From contig JBBILD010000007.1 of the NCBI GenBank assembly GCA_037445065.1, positions 1-64,000 on the forward strand: a DNA stretch of 64,000 nucleotides, given 5' to 3'. The stretch is from Myxococcales bacterium. GTDB lineage: Bacteria > Desulfobacterota > Binatia > HRBIN30. Position 1 is the first letter of the stretch; each line of letters begins with the position of its first letter. A model generated the notes under the pieces. That model saw only the letters and a list, made by a program, of their open reading frames with translations. It did not search any database and was not told the DNA's origin. Positions 56,345 through 64,000 of the stretch are shown here, piece after piece. The position numbers and the translations under genes were made by a program.

Positions 56345-57292
56345 CTAGAACTCGATCGGTCTGCCGTCGATGACAGCGATGGCACCGGATTCTCTCGCTG
56401 CCGCGACGCCCTTGTTCGTCACACCCTCGCCTGCCACCACAGCCAGGGCCCGCTTGCCTGTGAGCTTCTCCAGCAGCTTGGCTCGGCGAACCGCTCGAGC
56501 CACATCTCCTGCACCGATTCCCCCAAACACTTCCACCGCCAAGTAGGTCTCCGCACCGTCCGCGCGCGAAACGCCAGTGACCACGACATCCGTAGCCAAA
56601 AGCTCGCCCCGTCCCTCCGCCGAAATGAGCCCCTCCTCCTCAGCCTCGTCAATCATGCGCGCGAGATCCTCGCTGCTGAGTGCGCGAATGCGTCGCAGCA
56701 AAGGCGCGAAGTACGCCGGCGCTCGCTCCCGGTAGCGCCGTTCCAACTCCGCCCCTTGGAGCCTGCCTACGACAGTCGTGAGCCGAGCAAGCCGCCGCTC
56801 CGTATCCCGCTGCGCCTCGGCCAACTCGGCCATCCGTTGCTCCAAAATACTGACACGCTCCTCCGTCCGCCGCTGCGCTTCGGCCAATTCGGCCATGCGT
56901 TGCTCGAGTACGCCCAGCCGCTCCTCGGTGCGCCGCTGCGCTTCGGCCAGCGCCTCCAGCCGCTCCTCCGTCCGCCGCTGCGCTTCGGCCAACTCGGCCA
57001 TGCGTTGCTCGAGCACGCCCAGCCGCTCCTCGGTGCGCCGCTGCGCTTCTGCCAGTGCCTCCAGCCGCTCCTCCGTCCGCCGCTGCGCTTCGGCCAGCGC
57101 CTCCAGCCGCTCCTCCGTCCGCCGTTGCGCTTCGGCGAGTTCGCCTACAACACGCACCAAGTCTTCCCACGGACCCCGGTCGCCGAACAGAACCTTACGG
57201 AAAGCGGCACGCCACTCAGGATGCTGCTCGAAAAGCGCGAGAAATTGCTCCCAATCTTCGGGGGTGAAAGGCATTGGAAGCTCTCCTAGCAT
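56345..57292 (-). CDS. Heptad-repeat coiled-coil protein with C-terminal PD-(D/E)XK-like domain
   Basis: Seven LAEAQR.TE.R units; C-terminal DVVVTG...LAVEV...DVARAVRRAKLL...VVAG; SD GGAGG. Confidence 0.78.
   Translation of the reverse strand: MLGELPMPFTPEDWEQFLALFEQHPEWRAAFRKVLFGDRGPWEDLVRVVGELAEAQRRTEERLEALAEAQRRTEERLEALAEAQRRTEERLGVLEQRMAELAEAQRRTEERLEALAEAQRRTEERLGVLEQRMAELAEAQRRTEERVSILEQRMAELAEAQRDTERRLARLTTVVGRLQGAELERRYRERAPAYFAPLLRRIRALSSEDLARMIDEAEEEGLISAEGRGELLATDVVVTGVSRADGAETYLAVEVFGGIGAGDVARAVRRAKLLEKLTGKRALAVVAGEGVTNKGVAAARESGAIAVIDGRPIEF
56789..57139 (-). repeat. Intragenic tandem repeats of 42 nt and 63 nt
   Basis: Units LAEAQRRTEERLEA (14 aa) and LAEAQRRTEERLGVLEQRMAE (21 aa), near-identical at DNA level. 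Confidence 0.9.
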
Positions 57293-58154
57293 GTCCCTCC
57301 TGTTTCGGCATACCGAGACGGTTCGATATCACCGGACCCACGCGTACAAATGGGGAATCTCCTTCTTCCCTGGCAACCGCGCTCTAGTTCCGCCGGTTAT
57401 GACGATCTTTCCGGTTGCCTCACCGGAAACTCGAACCACTTTAGCAGCGACGGACTGCCGGCCACCGACGACACCGCGCCTCGAGCATCCGAGCGGGGAT
57501 TCGGCAAGGCTTGGGCTTCGCTGCGAGAGCGGAACAGGCGTCCGCTCCCACACGCCATTCCTGCGCCATAGGCCCGGAGTACGCGCTCCAACGAGGAGCT
57601 GATGTGACTATCGTATGCTGAAGAGCCCGAGCAGTGGAAGCCCGTCCAGTTCAGTCAGCACCGTACACCCCGGTCGCAGAGGCGGTCCCCCCAGCTCAGC
57701 AGCCCGTCTTTGTGCGGGTCCGTCGTCAAGGCACGAAAGAGGTGCCTCCTGTAAGGACCCGTTCCCGCATTCCCGAGCATCGCTCGCGGCAACCTCTTCG
57801 CACCGTGCGGCTCGACCATCGGCCGTCTCGTTCCGCGGACGATCGCTCCCCAAGTTCCTCTTTGCCCTTGTGCCGTCGGCCTCCTAAGAACATCGCCGAG
57901 GATGCTGCCCGCCAGCGCAGGGAGATGCCGCCGTGGTCCTCGTCCAAGTGCGAGTGCCGAATCCGCCGGCTCGCGGCCGCGATTTGCTCGCAGTTCGGGC
58001 TTGCTGCAACTTCCGCTCACAATCTCCGGGCACACAGGTTGGCAGCTGTTGCAAACTCTCCGGCCACGATAGGCGGCGACGGCGCAACTCTCTCAAATTG
58101 GGAAGCGGCCTTGCGCTTGCCGCAAATCGCTCCCGAGCGAGGGCGCAACCGCCA

Positions 58155-60143
58155 TCAGGCTCGCTGTAAAAGCAGATGACCGGGATCCAAGACTCGAGCC
58201 TTCCAACCTGGGGGTAACCAGGTGGTCGCACTCATTTCGACAATGAGCGCGGGCCCTTCTAGCCGGGCTCCGGGTGACAATTGCTCTCGCTCCCAAACCG
58301 AAGCCCGGCGCCAGCGGCCGCCAGTGTAGACCGGGTGGGTCCGCAGCGGTCCGGCTGCAGCCCGTCGGGCTGGCGGCTTTCTCGTCGAGATACGGGGGGC
58401 CGGTGCGGTGACCTGGACGCGGGCATGGACCACTTCCACGGCGCGACCCGGATCGGCGTAGCCGTAGAGCTGGCGATGCCGCCGCTCGAAGTACGCTTTG
58501 TAGTCTGGCACCGCGGGGACCACGATTTCGAACGACTGGCCGCTGTAGCGCACGTCGAGATAGCCGTGCACCCGCTGCCGGCGGCGGGGTATACCCAGGC
58601 TTTCCAACTCGCCGGTGAGTTCCTCCGCCAACCCAGCCAGGATGTCCTGTAAAGTGGGAAAAGCCGGATTCACAGCGTGCACCGAGCGCACGCCATCGCG
58701 CTGCACCGGAGCGGTGGCTGCACCAAAGGCAGAGAGGAGCCCAGGGAAGGCTGGGATCAGCACCTGCGGGATGTCGAGTTCCTCGGCAAGCTCGCAGGCG
58801 TGCTGGCCCGCCGCACCGCCGAAGGCCACCAGGGTAAAACGGCGCAAATCATAACCGCGCTCTACCGAAATCCGGCGGATGGCCCGCTCCATGTTGGCGT
58901 TGGCAACACGCACCACTCCCGCCGCAGCCGCCTCCAAGGATAACCCCAGTTGTGCAGCGAGTTCCGCCAACGCCGTGCGAGCGCGCTCCGGAAACAGGCG
59001 CATCCGCCCGCCCAAAAAACGCTCGGGGACCAGACGGCCGAGCAGCAAGTTGGCGTCCGTTACGGTTGGCTGCCGGCCGCGCCCGTAGCAAGCCGGACCT
59101 GGCTCGGCCCCTGCACTGTGGGGCCCCACTTTGAGCGCTCCGGCCTCGTCACAAAACGCAATCGAGCCACCTCCGGCACCCACCGTATGCACGTCCGTGC
59201 TCAGCACCTTGAGCGGTGAGCCTGCAATGTTCCACTCGGTGGTGAAGCTGATGGCGCGATCGATCAGGCTCACGTCCGTCGAGGTACCACCCATGTCGAA
59301 TGTGATGACCCGCGTGAGCCGCGCCTGGCGCGCAACGCGCGCCGCACCTCTCACCCCGCCGGCTGGTCCAGAAAGGCAAGTGCGCACTGCCTCGCGGGCT
59401 GCGAGCGCCGGAGGGATCGCCCCGCCATTCGACTGCAAGACCCGCCAGCGCACGCCCCGCTCGGCAAAGGCCCGCTCCAAGCGCTGTACGTGCTCGCTCA
59501 TGACTGGCCCGACGTATGCGTTGACCACTGCGGTACTGAAGCGCTCGTATTCCCGGTGCTCGGCAATCAGCGCGTGCGAGGCGGTCACAAACAACCTCGG
59601 AAAGGCCCGGCGCAGAGCCTCCGACATCTTGCGCTCGTGGCGTGGATTCACGTACGAGTGCAGGAAGCACACCGCCACCGCCTCGGGCTTGCGCCGCCCC
59701 AGCAGCTCTACCACCCGGCGGATCTCCCCGGCTCGCAGCGGAACGAGTGCGCGGCCGTCGAAGAGCATACGCTCCTCGACCCCGATCCGGGCGTGGCGCG
59801 GCACCAGCGGCGACACGCGGCTCGGCTCTAACGCGTACAGTTCGCTTCGATTCTGCCGCCCGATCTCGATCACGTCTTCGAAACCGCGCGTGGTCAGCAG
59901 CAGAACACGCGCTCCACGCCGCTCAAGCAGTGCGTTGGTCGCCACCGTGGAACTGTACGTAAGCAGCGCTGGGAGCGCTTCCGGCAAGATCTGCTGCAAG
60001 CCCCGCAGCACGGCCGCGGCCGGATCGCCGGGTGTGGACAGGACCTTCAGTGTGCGCAGCTCTCCGCGAACGACGGCAACCAAGTCGGTGAACGTGCCAC
60101 CCGTGTCAATGCCGATGACCGCCGCGGTCGCTCCCGCCCTCAC
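58155..60143 (-). CDS. Hydantoinase/oxoprolinase A-subunit family protein
   Basis: GIDTGGTFTD, STVATNALLER, SGPAGG, DMGGTSTDV, GAGGGSI, GPHSAGAEPGPACYG, FGGAAGQHA; GTGA overlap. Confidence 0.93.
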   Translation of the reverse strand: MRAGATAAVIGIDTGGTFTDLVAVVRGELRTLKVLSTPGDPAAAVLRGLQQILPEALPALLTYSSTVATNALLERRGARVLLLTTRGFEDVIEIGRQNRSELYALEPSRVSPLVPRHARIGVEERMLFDGRALVPLRAGEIRRVVELLGRRKPEAVAVCFLHSYVNPRHERKMSEALRRAFPRLFVTASHALIAEHREYERFSTAVVNAYVGPVMSEHVQRLERAFAERGVRWRVLQSNGGAIPPALAAREAVRTCLSGPAGGVRGAARVARQARLTRVITFDMGGTSTDVSLIDRAISFTTEWNIAGSPLKVLSTDVHTVGAGGGSIAFCDEAGALKVGPHSAGAEPGPACYGRGRQPTVTDANLLLGRLVPERFLGGRMRLFPERARTALAELAAQLGLSLEAAAAGVVRVANANMERAIRRISVERGYDLRRFTLVAFGGAAGQHACELAEELDIPQVLIPAFPGLLSAFGAATAPVQRDGVRSVHAVNPAFPTLQDILAGLAEELTGELESLGIPRRRQRVHGYLDVRYSGQSFEIVVPAVPDYKAYFERRHRQLYGYADPGRAVEVVHARVQVTAPAPRISTRKPPARRAAAGPLRTHPVYTGGRWRRASVWEREQLSPGARLEGPALIVEMSATTWLPPGWKARVLDPGHLLLQRA

Positions 60144-60376
60144 CACTCGCCCGTGCCGGTCGCACACATACCCCGCTGCGGTGCTCCGCAAGCCCCGCAC
60201 GGCCCGGGTTCAGCGGCCGAAGCCGCTGCTTCGCTCTGTACGGCGAAGGCCGAGAGCAACCGCTCGAGATCCCCGGCCCCGCATTGCCGGCAGGCGCTCG
60301 GGCGATCCTCACGCGACAACTGCAGCTCTTCGAACTGCGCCCCGCAGTTGGTGCAACGGTACTCAAAAATCGGCAT
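60140..60376 (-). CDS. FmdB family zinc-ribbon protein
   Basis: MPIFEYRCTNCGAQFEEL...CRQCG...LERLLS; SD GAGGGA. Confidence 0.9.
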   Translation of the reverse strand: MPIFEYRCTNCGAQFEELQLSREDRPSACRQCGAGDLERLLSAFAVQSEAAASAAEPGPCGACGAPQRGMCATGTGEW

Positions 60377-60436
60377 CGTTCCCTCTTCGCTCCTGCTCGA
60401 ATGTCTTCGCAGTCGCGGGTTTTTGTACCGCACCCC

Positions 60437-62023
60437 TTAGTTCGCGGCAACGGAGGAAGCGTCGCGCTGGTATACGCGGCGTCCAGCGACCCAGGTCTCC
60501 ACCACACGCGGCGGTTGGTACGGGTCGAGCACCCCTTCGATCACCACCAAATCGGCACGCTTGCCGGGTGAGAGCGAGCCGCGCTCACCTTCCTGCTCGC
60601 CGGCAAAGGCCGCTCCCCAGGTGTAGGCACGCAGCCATTCCTCGTAAGGAAGAGCCTCCGCCGCAACATACACAGAGCCCGAGCTCGTGCGGCGCGTCGT
60701 ACCGCACGCAGCTGTGCGCAGCGGCTCGAAAAACGCACACGGATCATCGGAAGAAGCCGCAATCGCCACCCCGGCGCGCGCCATGCTGGCAAACGGCAAC
60801 CAAGAGGCATCCTCAAAGGAGACCCCTTCCACTGCCGCACCCAAATGATGCACGAAGCCGGGTTGCACCACACCCACGACCCCCAGCTCGGCCATGCGCC
60901 GCCACTGTGCGGGACTCAGCAAGCAGGCATGCTCGATGCGCAAGCGGTGTTCGAACGAGGGAAATCGCCTGCGCACCCTGGCAAAGGCTGCGAGCGCTCG
61001 CTCCACCCCAACGTTGCCGATAGCGTGCACAGCAACGCCAAAGCCACGCTCGGCGGCTTGCAGGACTTGCGATGCCAGTTCGGGAAACTCGATCCCAATT
61101 TGCAAACGCGTGCCCGCACTGCACACATCAATGGCCGGGGCGATGCCTCCGTCCGCAAACAGTTTGACCGCACCGACGCGAATCCTCTCGTCGCCTTCGC
61201 CCGTGCGTGGGCCTTCCCAACGCGCTGCATCCATTCCCTGCAGCAAAGCGGCCGCGTGTGGCATGACCAGCACGGATAGCGGCAGCGCTCCCTGACGAGC
61301 CAGGCGGTGGTAGATTTCTTCCGCTTGCGGAGAACACGCCGCGTCGTGCACGCATGTGATCCCCTCGCGCAGGAGCTGGCGGGCGCGCGCGACGAACAGT
61401 TGCTCCCAACGCTCAGGGTCGCGGTAGGCCATCATCGAGCGCGCATGCGCTTCGCCCCATGCCCGCTCGATCAGCAAGCCACTCGGCTCGCCGTTCCAGT
61501 CACGCGCAATGAGTCCACCCGGAGGATCAGGCGTGTGGCGGCCGATCCCTAACTCGTCGAGTGCGCGCGAGTTCACCACCCCTTGATGCAGCGTGTAATG
61601 GGCGACGATCACAGGCCGATCGAATCCCATTTCATCCAACATCCGCCGATCCGGGATGAAGCCGGTTGCCACTTCGTTCCAATTGGCACCCCGAATCCAG
61701 GGTGCCTCCGGTTCCCGTTCCGATTGCTCCTTGAGAGCCGCATAGAGGTCGGCGGCGGTACGCGCCGCCGAGAGATCCGCCCACAACGGGTGGAGCGCGG
61801 CAATGGAGAGATGGTTGTGGGCGTCAATGAACCCGGGCAGGAGGGTGCGGCCCTGTAAATCTACAACCTGTGCTCCTGGGAAGGCACGGGCAAGCTCGCG
61901 CTCTCCCGCGGCCGCGATGCGGGCACCCTCGACGACCAGCACCTCTGGCTCACCCAGCCAGGGGTCCATGGTCAGGATCCGCCCATTGCAAAAGAACCAG
62001 CGATGCGGTTCTTGGCCACCCAT
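60437..62023 (-). CDS. Amidohydrolase 3 family protein (YtcJ-like)
   Basis: NGRILTMD, PGFIDAHNH, VKLFADG, HAIGN, RIEHA, SSDDP, GKRADLVV. Confidence 0.92.
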   Translation of the reverse strand: MGGQEPHRWFFCNGRILTMDPWLGEPEVLVVEGARIAAAGERELARAFPGAQVVDLQGRTLLPGFIDAHNHLSIAALHPLWADLSAARTAADLYAALKEQSEREPEAPWIRGANWNEVATGFIPDRRMLDEMGFDRPVIVAHYTLHQGVVNSRALDELGIGRHTPDPPGGLIARDWNGEPSGLLIERAWGEAHARSMMAYRDPERWEQLFVARARQLLREGITCVHDAACSPQAEEIYHRLARQGALPLSVLVMPHAAALLQGMDAARWEGPRTGEGDERIRVGAVKLFADGGIAPAIDVCSAGTRLQIGIEFPELASQVLQAAERGFGVAVHAIGNVGVERALAAFARVRRRFPSFEHRLRIEHACLLSPAQWRRMAELGVVGVVQPGFVHHLGAAVEGVSFEDASWLPFASMARAGVAIAASSDDPCAFFEPLRTAACGTTRRTSSGSVYVAAEALPYEEWLRAYTWGAAFAGEQEGERGSLSPGKRADLVVIEGVLDPYQPPRVVETWVAGRRVYQRDASSVAAN

Positions 62024-62116
62024 CGCAGCCTCCCTTCACGAACTGCGCCCCATCACCTCTGGCCGCTCCGCGCGGCCTGTACAAGCGTGCCGCCTGGGCA
62101 AACGCACGGGCCAAAC

Positions 62117-62872
62117 CTACGCTTCGAGCACCCCCTGCTCAGCACGAGAAAACTTGCGCCAGCTTCCGTCCACCAGCCGTTCGTGCGGGAGAAACCGGGC
62201 CTTGTACGCCATGGTCTCACAACCCTCCACGTACAGGCCGAGATAGAGGTAGCGGAGACCCCACTCGCGGCACAGTTCGAGTTGCTTCAGAATGGAAAAC
62301 GTGCCGAGGCTCAACTGGCGCAAACTGGGCTCGTAGTAGCAGTACACGGCGGACAGAGCGTCAGCGGCGCGGTCGGTAATCGCCACGCCCACCAACGCTC
62401 CCTCCAACCAGTAACTCAGCTCGAACGTCTCTGTACACGAGTCGACCAAAAACTCTTCGTACAATTCCGGATCAATGAGGCCATCGCCGGACAACAAGCG
62501 CCGCTGCACCTTGTGGCGGTTGTAGAGGCGGACGCGCTCGGCGCTCACCTCCGGCGAACCCAAGCGCACCTCCAAGAGGCGGTTGCCGCGCTTCCAAATG
62601 CGGCGCTGCGTCCGATTCGGGCGGAACTCCTCGACATTCAGCCGGATGGCCTGGCACGCCTGGCAGCCCGGACAGCGGGGCCGATACAAGAGCACGCCTT
62701 GCCGGCGATCGCCCTCACGCAGCCGCTCCGCCAGTTCGGCAGGGCCGAGCGGATGAATGGGCAAGCGCAGCGGTAAGCGCGCGATTTGTCCGGGCAGATA
62801 CGGGCAGGCGGTGTATTCGTCGTACACCAGCCATTCCCGCGCTGCACCTAAAGACCGACGTTGTTTTTCCAT
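62117..62872 (-). CDS. ate: Bacterial aminoacyl-tRNA--protein transferase (ATE/Bpt family, N-degron pathway)
   Basis: CPYLPG, GDRRQG..YRPRCPGCQAC, LSAVYCYYEP, SLGTFSIL, YLGLYV...MAYKARFLPHE. Confidence 0.9.
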   Translation of the reverse strand: MEKQRRSLGAAREWLVYDEYTACPYLPGQIARLPLRLPIHPLGPAELAERLREGDRRQGVLLYRPRCPGCQACQAIRLNVEEFRPNRTQRRIWKRGNRLLEVRLGSPEVSAERVRLYNRHKVQRRLLSGDGLIDPELYEEFLVDSCTETFELSYWLEGALVGVAITDRAADALSAVYCYYEPSLRQLSLGTFSILKQLELCREWGLRYLYLGLYVEGCETMAYKARFLPHERLVDGSWRKFSRAEQGVLEA

Positions 62873-63009
62873 GCGTGCCCCAACCCGAACGACCGATTGC
62901 AGTTTGCTTGCTTTCGCCTGGGGACGCAAGCCGAAAACCACGCGCCCGGGCAGCGTCGGCCGCACCCCCTCGCCACCGTTCCTTAGGCGCGTTAGGAAAA
63001 GACGACGCG

Positions 63010-63780
63010 ATGGTTCTAACGGCGCAAGAAACGCCGCTGATTCGGCTGCGCGAGGTGAGCCGCTCCTACCAGCGCGGCGTGGACCGCGTGCACGCTCTCG
63101 AACGGGTGAGCCTCGACATTCCCGCCGCCCGTTTCGTGGCCTTCATGGGGCCCTCAGGGTCGGGAAAGTCTACCCTGTTGAACTTGGTTTCTGGGATAGA
63201 CCGGCCGACCAGCGGCGAAGTGTGGGTTGCCGGGCAGCGACTCAACGACCTCGACGAAGACCAACTGGCGCAGTGGCGCGCGCGTCATGTCGGCTTGATC
63301 TTTCAGTTTTTCAACCTGATGCCGGTACTCACGGCGCTCGACAATGTGGCCCTGCCTCTGCTGCTGACCCAACTCGACAAGCGCGAGCGGGCGCGGCGGG
63401 CCGAACTGGCGTTGCGGATCGTCGGGCTGGGCCACCGCCTGCACCACTACCCGCGAACCCTTTCTGGTGGGGAGCAGCAGCGGGTTGCCATCGCGCGGGC
63501 TCTGGTGACGGATCCCGACCTGATCGTGGCAGACGAGCCTACGGGGGACCTGGACGCACGCAACGCCGAAGCCGTGCTGGCCCTGCTTCGCCAGCTCACG
63601 CACGGGTTCGGGAAGACCATCGTCATGGTCACCCACGACCCGCGCGCACTGCGTTTCGTGGATCAGGCATTCCATCTCGACAAGGGCCGCTTGCTCGAGG
63701 GAAACGACGCAGAGCGGGCCCACGAAGCGATTCTCCTCGCTGCCGGCGGCGGGGGCGCGGCGGCCGCCGTCTTGCCATGA
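63010..63780 (+). CDS. ABC transporter ATP-binding protein (LolD/MacB-like)
   Basis: [38 protein letters not shown]. Confidence 0.95.
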   Translation: MVLTAQETPLIRLREVSRSYQRGVDRVHALERVSLDIPAARFVAFMGPSGSGKSTLLNLVSGIDRPTSGEVWVAGQRLNDLDEDQLAQWRARHVGLIFQFFNLMPVLTALDNVALPLLLTQLDKRERARRAELALRIVGLGHRLHHYPRTLSGGEQQRVAIARALVTDPDLIVADEPTGDLDARNAEAVLALLRQLTHGFGKTIVMVTHDPRALRFVDQAFHLDKGRLLEGNDAERAHEAILLAAGGGGAAAAVLP

Positions 63781-64000
63781 TCAGTTGGTTCGGTTTGGTG
63801 CTCGCCAATCTCGGCCGCAACCGGCTGCGCACCGCACTCACGTTCGGTGCAGTCGCGCTTGCCGTGATGCTGGTCGTCTTTCTGCTCACGATGCCCGCCG
63901 GGCTCGATGCGCTGCTCAACAGCATTGCCAGCAACACGCGCATTTCGGTGCATAACAAAGCCGGGATCGTGTACTCCATGCCGTACTCGTACGCGCGCAA
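63777..64000 (+). CDS. ABC transporter permease (MacB/FtsX-like), truncated by window edge
   Basis: ATGA overlap; [32 protein letters not shown] is a typical MacB-like permease N-terminus. Confidence 0.85.
   Translation, partial: MISWFGLVLANLGRNRLRTALTFGAVALAVMLVVFLLTMPAGLDALLNSIASNTRISVHNKAGIVYSMPYSYAR

Noticed and set aside
56789..57139. Regular direct repeats resembling a CRISPR array
   Set aside because: Units are multiples of 21 nt, lack unique spacers and encode in-frame heptads within a CDS; no cas genes in the window.

Overview
High-GC bacterial chromosomal window read with standard code 11 (many genes end in TGA with ATGA/GTGA overlaps). I see no prophage, IS, CRISPR array or rRNA. 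About 45 CDSs plus tRNA-Lys(UUU). Main blocks: (i) an FG-GAP repeat surface protein running off the left edge; (ii) a dense membrane-glycosylation complement at 3.1-33.6 kb: five GT-C-type (ArnT/PMT_2-like and DUF2298 'YYY') polytopic proteins, three fused to NHL/beta-propellers and one to a PA14-like domain, plus GT2, GT4, a sulfotransferase and a DAHP synthase; (iii) catabolic enzymes (acyl-CoA synthetase, amidohydrolases, molybdopterin oxidoreductase, crotonase, GH1, a TetR-led dehydrogenase/FGGY-kinase operon, hydantoinase A); (iv) housekeeping genes (eno, ftsB-like, rnhA, purM, prs-like, beta-CASP nuclease, ate/bpt, ABC transporter), a RavA/ViaA-like pair and a B12 radical SAM; (v) a methyltransferase interrupted by one in-frame TGA, a heptad-repeat protein and dispersed GTAG-type REP elements. 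The most striking unannotated signal is at about 37.8-38.1 kb. It looks like a stand-alone minus-strand transcription unit (promoter-like hexamers, strong SD, terminator) encoding a 25-aa Lys-rich H1-like microprotein, with the ORF enclosed by a perfect 16-bp 5'UTR/3'UTR helix and followed by a cUUCGg hairpin. Gene content is reminiscent of Candidatus Binatia-like bacteria, but that is an unverified impression. All family calls come from motif recognition by eye, not database searches.
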